Shown in pieces: positions 43,400 to 55,019 of a stretch of DNA of 64,000 nt (the stretch's first letter is position 1; each line of letters starts with the position of its first letter). Source of the stretch: the human T2T-CHM13v2.0 reference genome, Homo sapiens. Below the pieces are notes generated by a model that did not search any database, had not been told where the DNA came from, and saw only the letters and a program-made list of their open reading frames with translations. The stretch lies in the NCBI RefSeq assembly GCF_009914755.1, contig NC_060935.1, one strand, 5' to 3'. Both the position numbers and the translations under genes were made by a program.

Positions 43400-45250
43400 A
43401 TCTCCTCCAGAGTCCATAACAAAACAACAGTAAAGGAACAAAAATGATATAAACCAGAGGAGGTAGGACATAATGTGGTGACTGGTGGCAAAAAAAAAAA
43501 AAAAATAATACATTAAATTAAAAGGTAGAAACCAATCAAAGAGTGGTCACTGACTCTACAAAGAGTAATAAGACAGGGCACCAGTTTGGGGAAAGTGGTT
43601 TTGAATTAATTTTTTCTGAGAATTCCCAGGAAGTTATAAGAATCAGGGAAAGGCTGTGGTGAAGAGTGGCACTAAAATCAGAGATCATTTGAAAATCTCC
43701 ATACTGAATATTTGACCCCGCCCTTTCCCCACCCAGTGTAAGGAATATCTGCAGTCAAATGTCCACTCCACACGCAGAATTTCTAAGCCCTTTTTTGGAG
43801 ATACTTATTTACAAGAGCAAGATTCAAAATCGCAGATAAGAGGGAAAGTGAAGATGATGCACGCAGTTTAAAACAAGGAAGTAAAATGAACCTTTGGAAA
43901 CTGAATGGTGAGACTTGCGCCTCCTGCTGAGAGCCTAAGTAACAACAGTGGCTGCCAGATACTTCCCTGGGAAGGTTTTTGGAAACATCATCTCTAGATA
44001 AACTGAAGATCTTCAAAAAAATAACATCTGCCTATTAATATTTTAGAAGAGAGTGCCCTAACAAAAAGCTAGCTGTCCACCCAGTTAGTGGATCTAGCCT
44101 CCTATTCTTCAGCCCATTAGTACACAAAGGACTTCCAAACTGATAATTTTAAAGCCTCCTTTTAAAGGGACAATTAAAGTTTACTGATACTTGAAAAGAA
44201 ACGTCAAAATTAAAGGCAGAAAAAATAGATAAAAAGTAATATTTCAGTCTTGAGGAAAGAGAACTCTGGAAAGCAATAAAATTAAAAACTTTAAATAATT
44301 ACTCTCCACAACGAGGAGTTAATTCATGTAAAAATCAAAAATGCCATGGAAACAAAAATCAGAAAAAATCCCTTCAAATTTAAAATATTGCAAAAATATC
44401 CAACTTAAAGTTTTAAAGATAAATTTGAGAATATCTTTTAGAAAGTGGAACAAAAAAACATAACGCTAGAAAATATGAAACAAAATTTACTTAGAAAATC
44501 GAATCTAGGAAGGACAATTTCTGACTTTAGAAGTCCCAGAAAGCACAGATGGAGAAAATAAAAGAAAACAAATTATCGAAGAAAATTTCATTGAACTAAA
44601 GAACATGAGTCTACCAACTGCCTGATACAATCAATGAAAAAGGCCAGTTGTCATGAAATTTTCAAACATTGGTGATAAGGAGATTTTAAAGTCTTCTAAA
44701 GAGAGGGAGAGAATGCCACATACATAAGATAAAAACTATAACAGCTTCAGATATATCAGTAACAACTATGGATTACAGAAATTAATGGTCTTTAAAATTC
44801 TGAAGGCAAATGATCTCCAATCTTAAATATTATATGAAGTCAAAATACCCCCCACAACGTGATGGTAGAATATTTTCTTATTTTTTTTCCATGACAGGAC
44901 TCAGATATAGCTTTTTGCACTCTTCATTAGGTGCAAAAAACTGCTTCAGAAAGCAAAACAGTTTTCTCAAGAAAAAATTACGAAAAAGAAGTCTCCATTA
45001 AAAATGCAGATTTAACAGAATAATACAGCACTAGAAACAAAAATAAGAGTGTGTGGATAGCATACTATGAAAGTGGAAAAAGGTAAATTACTACCTCCAA
45101 GAAGACCAGATAGGAAAAAGGGACTATCATTACAATACCCCGTGGTTTTGTAATAGTTTTAACACGGTTATAGTGGCATAAAAATGAATTTAACAAAAAA
45201 TGATGTTGTAATGATAAGAAGACAATAGAATTCTAGATATTTATCTAGCA
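43400..45250 (+). mobile_element. HAL1/old L1ME ORF1-like remnant
   Basis: A-rich; GAAGTCCCAGAAAG...GAAGAAAATTTC..TGAACTAAAGAACATGAGTCT...CATGAAATTTTCAAACA...TTTAAAATTCTGAAGG; boundaries approximate. Confidence 0.6.
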
Positions 45251-48200
45251 TAAAAATGTACTCTTGCTTAACTTGAGGTGATCAATCTTCCTGGGTTAAC
45301 TTCCAGGTCAGTCCCCAGAAAGGAAGGATATTATGAGAGGTGATAATAAAAGGGAATCCCTTTATTATTGTTATTATCATAATTATAATTGTTAGCAGTA
45401 ATAAATAAATAAAGATAAAGCTTTCCTTTATCTTTCTAAGTCTATGTATTATAAAATTGTTTTATGAAACCAGAATTGTGTTTTTGCTCAAAACACAGAA
45501 AGTTGAGTGGTAGGAACCTTCTGCTAACATTATGGATAATGTATGTCCCTATAGTACACATTACCAAATGTAGCAACCCTCAAGAAATACAAGGGGTAGA
45601 CTCTCTTTAACAATTGAGCATCACCATAATTCAGGCAGGGGCTTTTAGAGGTCAGTTGGAACCTCTTAATTGAGCATTATAGAACATGGAAACTACCATT
45701 ACTCTCATATACACTGTGTCTTCATGAAGTTTTATTGTGATCTTTAAATCCTGCCGTGATAGAAATGTATGTTCAAACATGCTTTGTTCCAAAGAGTCAC
45801 AGTCTACCTAGAGTCAAATTACAGCCTTGTACATTTAAGACTGCAGAGACTGTTAACCACGTCACTTCATTTCACTAGAGAGCAGGGAGAAACACTACTA
45901 AAATGAACCAAAGCAAAGGTCTAATGAGACACTGACATTTAAGGAGGAAAGATTTGTTTCATAAGACCACGATCCATGCTCCGTGGACCCTGTTCAGAGG
46001 GAGGTTTGCAGCCAAGTAAAATGTGAGGGTTAGATGCTGTGTCCTTGATACCATCGAATCAGCAGGAGAGAACGGCTGGCTGGCTAGTTTAAATTGTGCA
46101 TGCTTCAGCAAATTTTCAGAGCCAATTACAAAATATATGATTCCCTTGTCATCATGTGTACATTCAAGACACGTTCATCACTAATTCACAGATCAACTAA
46201 AATAAAGAGAGTGAATGGCAATGAGTGCAAAAGATCTCTATCCCATGGTGATAATACAGGACTCCGGGGAAGTATTCTTCCAAAGATTCCTTCCATCCAA
46301 TTTTATACAGATATTCATGGTCTTTCTTTAGTTTCAGTGTCTTTTATAATTTCTGCCTTTCCATTTGAACCAGAACATGCACCTCACATCTGTTTCCTGA
46401 CATTCCTAGGAGAGTCTATAATGCAAGTTCTAAATATATCTGGAGCTGACCATGCTTTCAAATGCTAAACACCTTAATATCTCCTGTTCTCAAATTTTAA
46501 ATTATATGCTTCAATATTTTTATGTTTCGACTAAACCTATGCAAAATTTATTTACTCTAAATTGAATATGGGAAATGCTCAATATCAAAGTTGGTTTCCA
46601 CACAGCTGAATCTTCTGAGAGATAAAGCCATGAAATATAAGCTATGATGTTCATTTTCAGTGATGATTTACGTGCAGAATGCGAAGAGTTGGGGTGTTAG
46701 AGTTTTGATGTCATAAGAGAAAAAACAAAAACATATACAAAGGTATAAGACATTACAGGCTGTCCAGACAAAATATGTGTGCGTGTCTGTGTGTGTTTGT
46801 GTATAACATATGGACCTTTGCCCACTTAAATTCCCACAAAAATAAAAAAGCTCTGTCGGCTTTTTATTTACTAAAGTAAGTTTGGGCAGACTGTCAACAT
46901 TTTTGTTATTTAGGCCTGTGACTTACATACAAAAATGAAACATTCTGGAAGGCAACAAAACCATTTCTGGAATCCCATATGCTTTAAAACATCCATTTAT
47001 TAATACAATAATATATAAAAACAAGGAGTCTAAGTTATTATAAAAGCACCCTCCTTTCCATTGTGTAAAGTATGTGTGCATAATCCTAAATGTTCAAATA
47101 CAAATTGAGTAATCTGTAAAACAAAAATATCCAGACATTTGACTGATCATTTACTGCCGCTATAAACATGTTTGAAATCAAAAGTTATGTTAATGTTTTT
47201 TTCTTTTAAGATGAAAGCCAAGGTGAATGGTGTCCTTTTACTGATTTTTTTAAGAAAATAAATAATCTCAACACTCAACATAATCATTAATCTTAGAATA
47301 GCAGTGCATTTTGTTATTGCATCACTAGCAATTTATCAGATCATACAAAAAAAAAAAGTCAAATAACACAACTCTATTCACCAAAAACTCAGAGCACCTG
47401 CATGGAAAATAAGGCATTCACTCATTCAATTGGTTGTGGTAATGATACATTATATTTAGGTACTTATAAACCCATATCTCTCTCACCATCTATAGACATA
47501 TGTTAATATTATTTGCTCTCATCAGCAAAGCGCTATAATGGCAAACAATGTGATTTATACAATAGTTGTGTTTTTTCATGAGAGGAGGGAAATATTTGTT
47601 AATGCCTGGGGGGATGAAAGGCTTTTTAAGCTTATTGGCCTGGCCATGTTATTTTACATAGATTTTGACAAATAATATTATAGTGACAAACATTTACAAA
47701 GCATGCAACTAAATAACTTGCCAAAAGAGCAATAAATATATAAATATATTTACTTATCTTAAATCTGAGAAAAATAACTATGATTATTATTATGGCATAA
47801 AAATGAAATAAATGTTATTGAAAATTACTATAACTGGCAGATAATGATCATTATAACATAATCTTTGCTATCTACATTGAATAAAATGGGTTGAACCCAT
47901 ATTTCTTACTTGCCTCTATAAATGAGCCAAATCATAATTCAAAACTTCCAACATCTTTATAGTCACATAAATACATCAACATATGTATTTGTATATATAA
48001 TTTTTTCATGCACACATATGATTATTAATAGTTTTCATAGCATATAAAAATACATATTTCACTGATGTCACTGTATTCTCCAGTAGCAAGAAAACCTCAT
48101 ATTGATCCTAAGATCAATATGAGAAATGGGGCTTATTTTGTCAGTCATTCAGGAAGGTCTGATATTCGGAGTCCTGTGCCTCCTTTACACAGGTGGTGAT

Positions 48201-48582
48201 CTTCTCTCTGCTTATCATATACCCAAGCCCATTGAGTAGGACTTTTTTCTCCTTTTTTCTGACTCATTACATGTTTGCAATACTGCTCTGGTTCTTCCAC
48301 AACAAAACTATGGGATCAGTCAATCCCATATTTACCCATTTATTATGCTGTTTGTGGTCAAATGAATAAACTTTACTGTAACTAAATATGTGATGACAGA
48401 TGAAAGAGAAACCACAGCATCTACTCAGATAAGATAAAATGTAGGACTGTTGCCATTTAGAAATAAAGCTTACTGAAAGTAAAACAATAAGATTGTATTT
48501 GAATAATTTGTATCTGAATTTTTCCATTTAGCAACTTGAAATTGTATGGAATCTAATGTGCAGATAGCTAATCTTAGATCCT

Positions 48583-48672
48583 CATATATATGTACATATG
48601 AGTATATATATATATATATATACACATATATGAGTATATATATATATATATGTACACATATATGAGTATATA
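48583..48672. repeat. TA-rich minisatellite (three CATAT(AT)GAG(TA)n units)
   Basis: ATATGAGTATATA recurs three times. Confidence 0.85.
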
Positions 48673-48674
48673 CT

Positions 48675-48869
48675 AGAGAGGGAAGGCAGAGAGGTGGTGA
48701 GAGATAAGGGGGAGGGAGGGAGGGAGGCAGGGAGGAAGAGAGAGAGAGAGAAGGAAGAAGAAGAGGAAGAAGAGGAAGAAGAAGAAAGAAGAAGAAGAAG
48801 AAGAAGAAGAAGAAGAAGAAGAAGAAGAAGAAGAAGAAGAAGAAGAAGAAGAAAGAAGCAGCAGCAGCA
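48675..48869 (+). repeat. Polypurine tract with pure (GAA)22 at 48788-48853, then (GCA)4
   Basis: Direct count. Confidence 0.95.
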
Positions 48870-49871
48870 ATGTATTATGGAAATTGTCTCACTTGATTAT
48901 GAAGGCTGTGAAGTCCCATGACAGGTGTACTGTTCTTTCATTGCTATAAAGGAATACCTGAGTCTGGGTAATTTATTTAAAAAAAGATGTTTAATTGGCT
49001 CACCATTCTGCAGGAGGTACATAAAGCATAGTGCCAACATCTGCTTCTGGTGAGGGCCTCAGGAACCTTGCAATCATGAGGGAAGGCAAAGGAGAACCAG
49101 CATGTCACATGTGGACAGCAGGAGCAAAAGAGAGGGGAGGAGGTGACATGCTCCTTTAAACAACCAGATTTTGTGTGAACTACCAGAACAAGAACTCACT
49201 CATCATCAAGAGTATGGGGATCTGCCCCATAATCCAAACACCTTCCACCAGGCCCCACTTCCAAAATTGGGGATCACATTTCAACATGAGATTTGGAGGG
49301 GACAGCCATCCAGATTATATCAATAGGCCATCTACAAGCAGAGGAAGCAGGAAAGCTGCTAGTGTGGATCAGCCTAAGCCTAAGGCGTTTCAACCATGGA
49401 AACCAATGGTGTAACTTTCATTCCAGGCCAAAGGCCCAAGATCCTGAAGGGACTGCTGGTATGAGCCCCTGAGTCCAAAGGCCAGAGAACCTGGAGTTCT
49501 GATGTCCAAGGGCAGAAGAAAGTAGGCAATTCAGCTCTGAAAGTGAGAGCAAGAATTTGCCCTTTCTCTGCCTTTTTTTTTTTTTTTTTCCTATCTGAGA
49601 ATCCAGCTGATTGGATGGTGTCTGCCCACACTGAGGGCCAGTGTTCCCCACTAAGACCCCTGACTCAAATGCCAATTTCTTCTGGAAGCATCCTCAAAGA
49701 TGCACTTGAGGTAGTCCAATCATTTTAATAAATGCAAAAGCCCCTGGGTTTCCCTTTCAGCAGAAAAGGGTTGGGCTCAGTACCTACTGAAGGATTGAGA
49801 ATAAATAATCCTTTTCCAGCTATCTATGTATTCCATAATCCAGTCAAGATGACACCGGAAATTAACCATCA
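48870..49871 (-). mobile_element. MLT2 (B/C-like) ERVL LTR interrupted by MSTB; probably extends left through the microsatellites
   Basis: TATTATGGAAATTG.CTCAC..GATTATG...AAGTCCCATGA | GGCCATCTACAAGC...GAACCTGGAGTTCTGATGTCCAAGGGCAG...CCAGTCAAGATGACAC...AATTAACCATCA. Confidence 0.85.
48926..49322 (-). mobile_element. MSTB-like solo LTR nested in MLT2
   Basis: TG...TTGCTATAAAGGAATACCTGAG...TTTCAACATGAGATTTGGAGGGGACA...TATATCA; 5-bp TSD ACAGG/ATAGG. Confidence 0.9.
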
Positions 49872-50062
49872 ACCATTCTTTTGTTTTTTAATCTTTAAGG
49901 AAATCCTTCCTTATACTTAAGCCCCTCATATGTTATATTTTTCTGCTTTCTTTTTGTCATCCTATGTAAAAAGAGAAAATTAGAGTTATATATTTCTCAG
50001 TGAGCTTCCTTAAAAATGATAATTATATACTTTCTCTTTCTTTTCCTCTCCTCTTTCTTTCC

Positions 50063-50471
50063 AGTATCAATCCGTGTTCAACTAGAGGGGCAGAAGGAGC
50101 AGGAGATATATACTAAGAGATTTTTTTGCAAGAAATGGGTGCATGTGATTGTGGGGCTGTTTAGGGAAGTGTAAGCATATAAGGCAGGCCATCAAGAGGG
50201 CAGGCTGGAGCTTTGGGGCAGGAGCTGAAGCTGCTGTTCACAGGAAAAATCTTTTATTTTCAGGGAAACCTCAGCCCTGCTCTTAAGGTCTTTCAACTGA
50301 TTAAATCAGGTCCACCAAGAAAATCTAGTATAATCGCTCTTGCTTGAAGTAAGCTGATTATGAACTTTTATCACATCACAAAATTATTCACAGCATCACC
50401 TAGATTAGTGTTTGATTGAATAGTTGGGAACTGTAGCCCCCTCTAGTTAACACATGAAAATGGGCATTACA
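50063..50471 (-). mobile_element. MLT2D-like LTR
   Basis: GGAGATATATACTAAGAGATTT...GCTGAAGCTGCTG...CTCTTAAGGTCTTTCAACTGATT...CCTAGATTAGTGTTTGATTGAATA. Confidence 0.8.
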
Positions 50472-50778
50472 CTTCCCTTCCCTATACTTCCATTCTTTCT
50501 CTTCCCTTAGTAAAATATAGGTTAAGTACCCCTTATCCTAAATGTTTATTATCAAAGGTGATTCAGATTTCAGATTTCTTTTGAATTTTAGAATGTTTCT
50601 TATACATAATGAGATATCTTGGGTTTGGGAACCAAGTCTAAGAACAAAATGCATTTATTTTTATATACCTTTTATACATAGCCTGAAGGTAATTTTATGC
50701 AATATTTGAAATAATTTATACATAAAACAGTCTTGACTAAGTTTTGACTGTGACCCATGTGACTGTGACCCATCATGT

Positions 50779-52278
50779 TGAGAGGTGACAGCATGCTGGC
50801 AGTCCTCACAGCCCTGGCTCTCTCTCAGCGCCTCCTCTGCCTGGGCTCCTACTTTGGTGGCACTCGAGGAGCCCTTCATCCCACCGCTGCACTGTGGGAG
50901 CCCCTTTCTGAGCTGGCCAAGGCCCAAGCCCACTCCCTCAGCTTGCAGGGAGGTGTGGAGGGAGAGTCAGGAGCAGGAATCGGGGCTGCGCGCGGCGCTT
51001 GCGGGCCAGCTGGAGTTCCGGGTGGGTGTGGGCTTGGCGGGCCCCGCACTCGGAACAGCCGGCCCGCCCTGCCGGCCCCCGGCAATGAGGGGCTTAGCAC
51101 CCGGGCCAGTGGCTGCAGAGGATGTACTGGGTCCCCCAGCAGTGCCAGCCCACCGGCGCTGTGCTCGATTTCTCACGGGGCCTTAGCTGCCTTCCCGCAG
51201 GGCAGGGCTCAGGACCTGCAGCCCGCGATGCCTGAGCCTCCCACCCCCTCCGTGGGCTCCTGTGCGGCCGAGCCTCCCCTATGAGTGCCGCCCCCGCTCC
51301 ATGGCGCCCAGTCCCATCGACCACCCAAGGGCTGAGGAGTGCGGGCGCAGGGCGCGGGCCTGGCAGGCAGCTCCACCTGCAGCCCCGGTGCAGGATCCAC
51401 TGGGTGAAGCCAGCTGGGCTCCTGAGTCTGGTGGGGACGTGGAGAACCTTTATGTCTAGCTCAGGGATTGTGAATACACCAATGGACACTCTGTATCCAG
51501 CTGCTCTGGTGGGGCCTTGGAGAACCTTTATGTCTAGCTCAGGGATTGTAAATACACCAATCAGCACTCTGTATCTAGCTCAAGGTTTGTAAACACGCCA
51601 ATCAGCACCCTGTGTCTAGCTCAGGGTTTGTGAGTACACCAATGGACACTCTGTATCTAGCTGCTCTGGTGGGGCCTTGGAGAATCTGTGTGTAGATACT
51701 CTGTATCTAATCTGATGGGGACGTGGAGAACCTTTGTGTCTAGCTCAGGGATTGTAAACGCACCAATCAGTGCCCTGTCAAAACAGGCCACTCGGCTCTA
51801 CCAATCAGCAGGATGTGGGTGGGGCCGATAAGAGAATAAAAGCAGGCTGCCCCAGCTAGCAGTGGCAACCCGCTGGAGTCCCCTTCCACACTGTGGAAGC
51901 TTTGTTCTTTTGCTCTTTGTAATAAATCTTGCTACTGCTCACTCTTTGGGTCCACACTGCTTTTATGAGCTGTAACACTCAGCCAAAGATCTGCAGCTTC
52001 ACTCCTGAAGCCAGCGAGACCACGAACCCACCGGGAGGAACGAACAACTCCAGACGTGCTGCCTTAAGAGCTGTAACACTCATTGCCAAGGTCTGCAGCT
52101 TCAGTCCTGAGCCAGCGAGACCACGAACCCACCAGAAGGAAGAAACTCCGAACACATCCGAACATCAGAAGGAACAAACTCCAGACACGCCACCTTAAGA
52201 GCTGTAACACTCACCGCGAGGGTCCGTGGCTTCATTCTTGAAGTCAGTGAGACCAAGAACCCACCAATTCCGGACACA
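50779..52278 (+). mobile_element. LTR12C-like (HERV9) solo LTR, 1500 bp
   Basis: TGAGAGGTGACAGC...CCAATTCCGGACACA with TG..CA ends and 4-bp TSD ATGT; GC/CpG-rich 5' half; tandem TCTAGCTCAGGGATTGTAAA..CACCAAT repeats. Confidence 0.96.
51470..51870 (+). promoter_or_regulatory. LTR12 enhancer/promoter core
   Basis: Six CCAAT boxes (51479, 51557, 51598, 51639, 51763, 51801), GGGTGGGGC at ~51817, GATAAG at 51827, TATA-like AATAAAA at 51835. Confidence 0.7.
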
Positions 52279-52759
52279 ATGTGACTGTAACCCATGACAT
52301 GAGATCAGGTATAAATTTTCCATTTGGTCCTCAAAAAGTTTCCCAGGGAATAGTGCTTTTCAAGTAGCTCAGATTTTGAATTTTTGGATTAAGGATGTTC
52401 AAGCTGTATTGGGTACAGAATGTTTTGGTTGGATTTGAATAAGATAGATATCTACACAGTGACGCAGGATTGGGAGCTATAATAGTGTAGTATGAGGTAT
52501 CAGAGCCCCAAAGGGCATCCTTATAGGAGAATGGCAGAAGCAGTGATTAACAGTGTGGTATCAGAGCCTGAGCAGAGTGATGAGGCATCTATGTAGAAAG
52601 TGGCTGTGGGAAGGGAGGCCTACTTGGGATGAAAAGGACATCTATAAAGGACAGGCAGATAGGGCAGTGTTCTGTTATGAGATGCCCAGAATCCTCAGCG
52701 GAAAGAAGAGTATGTCTCTGTGAAGGACGGTGGAAGTAGTGGCCAAATAAAGAAATTTT

Positions 52760-52920
52760 TGTGTGTATGTTAATGTATATGTATGTGTGCGTGTGTGTGT
52801 GTGTGTATATATGTGTGTGTATATATATGTGTGTATATATGTATGTGTATATATATACACACACGCACACATATACACACGCACACATACATATAGGTGT
52901 GCGTGTGTGTGTGTGCATAA
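52760..52920. repeat. Compound (TG)/(TA)/(CA) alternating purine-pyrimidine tract
   Basis: Direct reading. Confidence 0.9.
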
Positions 52921-52929
52921 TATATATTT

Positions 52930-53685
52930 TCCCTAATTTCATCTACACATTTGGCCTGGGAGCAGCAATATTTCAGTATCTCAGTAGCAATGAGCACACT
53001 CAGATCCCAGATTTTGGAGTCAAATATCACTCTCCACCCACAAATCTGCAGCTCCTGGAGGAAATAGCACCTCCAGGACTGGGGCAGGGTAAGTATGAGA
53101 TGAGCCTGTAATATCTTATTATGCCAACAAATAAGGAAGTTCTCAAAGAATGATAGGCAAATTTGAAAAGAATATAGAAGCCACTTTCTTTCTACTGAGC
53201 TCCCAGTGGGTAAATATGGGAAAATTGGGGTATTAAAATAAATAATAAAAGTAATGAACGATTATTTATTGAATAAAAATATCTGTATGCATAAATAAAT
53301 AAAGTTAATGGAGAAAAGGATATGATGATAGTCTCAAATATCTCTATTCAAAATGCTTATTATTTACAAAGAAAACCAGATTAATTTCACATAGGAGAAG
53401 TCTGGCAGATACTGCCTTAAGTGATCAAAGGGAACATCACGGGTAATGAGACAAGTTGAAATCGTGAACCACTTCAGAGAATGCAATAAGAGATGGCATC
53501 ACTACTTTAATATTTTCGCTAAAGATGAATAACCTGAATTTAATAATGAGGGCATATTAGACAAATGTAAACTGAAAGACGTCTCACAGAATAGTTGGTC
53601 TACAACATCCCAAAGTATTAAAATGCTGAAATTCAAGAAAAGACAGGGGAACTACTTCAGATTAAAGAAGCCTGAAAAGACAGAA
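52930..53685 (+). mobile_element. L1MC3/4-like 3' region
   Basis: CAGTAGCAATGAGCACAC.CAG..CCCAGAT...CTCCAGGACTGGGGCAGGG...AAGTGATCAAAG.GAACATCAC..GTAATG. Confidence 0.7.
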
Positions 53686-53954
53686 TACTCATTTTATTCT
53701 TTCAGTCACTTTGAGCAGAATACAGGATGAATACTTTTATTTTACTTAGATATCAGGGGATCTGGCCATCACTAAAATAAAAGACTTGACTAAGATAACG
53801 TAGTACATATCAAATGTCTATGAAAAAAGGTTTCTAGTTTGAGAGGATTCTGCCAATTATACATCTATTCAGTTCTTTGAAAATGCAGGGAACCAGCAAC
53901 TATTCTTAAGTGTTATTTTTGGTATATCCCATGGAACAGTGCTTTTGGAACATT

Positions 53955-54110
53955 GATGGGCATACAAAACACTCAGGTAGCTTATTAAAATGTCAGTGCC
54001 AATTCTGATTCTGTATGTCAAAGGTGAAACCTAGTGTTCTAAGTTTGTAATGAGCTTCCAGATAATGTTGATGCATCTGGTTCACAACCCACACTTTGAG
54101 TCTCAAGGTT
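53955..54110. mobile_element. MER5-type hAT MITE remnant
   Basis: GCTTATTAAAATG...TTCTGATTCTGTA...GATAATGTTGATGC..CTGGT...CCACACTTTGAG. Confidence 0.55.
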
Positions 54111-54979
54111 CTTGACTAATATAAGGCATGGGCCTGGTAGGATCATTCTGTAAATGATTGGAATAATACTGTACACACTGGTACTAGACTCACATGCCTA
54201 AAACAACTTATTTAAATCTATCACAAATGGAAATAAAGGTGTATTTTTATAGGTTTAATTCCTTGAGAAAATTATATGTTCATGCTACTTTTAAGCTGGC
54301 TATATGCAGACACTCAAAGTTGCTGTGATAGCTGTGTGCATGCCTTTAAATGCCAGTAAAACCAATTAATCCTTTTTAATGGCTGATCAAAGTTCTCAAT
54401 CCACTGTTCCTTTCTCAGAAAATTTAATCTTGTAATCTCCAATTGATTGGATGCATTATGGTTCATGTTTTGTCTGCCTCTGAAACAGCATAAATGGGCT
54501 TCTGCCAGAGACGGCTATTAGATTAAATGGACAATTAATGTGATTCCTTGTGCCAACTCCTGTGAAGTTTAGCCAAAAGTCTAAAGTGACACAGACAAAA
54601 CATTTACTGTAAAATGGAAGTGACATGGAGGAAAAGTCCTGGATATTTGTTATCTGGAAAGAAACTACACTATATTCAAGGAATATAGCTTCTTCTAAAA
54701 TCTTTGTGACTAAAAATTATAACCAGCTGGCACCAGGAGTGCCTTCTAAGAGATGAAAGTGCTTTGATCTAAGAGAATAAATCTTTGAATTTGAATAAGT
54801 GAGTACATTAGAATCTTATTTTTCAAGGGTATTGTTTCACATGCCATGTGTGCACCTGTTTTCCCAGAATCTTCCATGAGAAGGGAATTCCCCACTCTTT
54901 TATAACCTAGCTTTGCTCTAGAAATGTCACAATTAATAGACTATCAAAGTAATTTCATCAAATTATTACCAAAGATTTA

Positions 54980-54980
<1 letters not shown>

Positions 54981-55017
<37 letters not shown>
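54981..55017. repeat. (CA)18 microsatellite
   Basis: Direct count. Confidence 0.95.

Positions 55018-55019
<2 letters not shown>

Larger units (their letters stand above)
50518..52406. mobile_element. Tigger4/Zombi (MER46B-like) DNA transposon split by LTR12C (50518-50778 and 52279-52406)
   Basis: Imperfect TIRs TAGGTTAAGTACCCCTTATCC / GGATTAAGGATGTTCAAGCTG, each flanked by TA; body ATACATAGCCTGAAGGTAATTTTAT. Confidence 0.8.

Noticed and set aside
46094-46468. 124-aa ORF in unique sequence
   Set aside because: No recognisable domain or splice structure; this length is compatible with chance
48673-48921. Poly-Arg/Glu and poly-Ser ORFs
   Set aside because: Translations of the GAA microsatellite
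51440-51800. Repeat-spacer-like array resembling CRISPR
   Set aside because: These are the known LTR12 U3 tandem repeats; the spacers are themselves repeated and the DNA is primate
50775-52295. Several overlapping 60-170 aa ORFs
   Set aside because: Stop-poor GC-rich LTR12C sequence; no coding evidence
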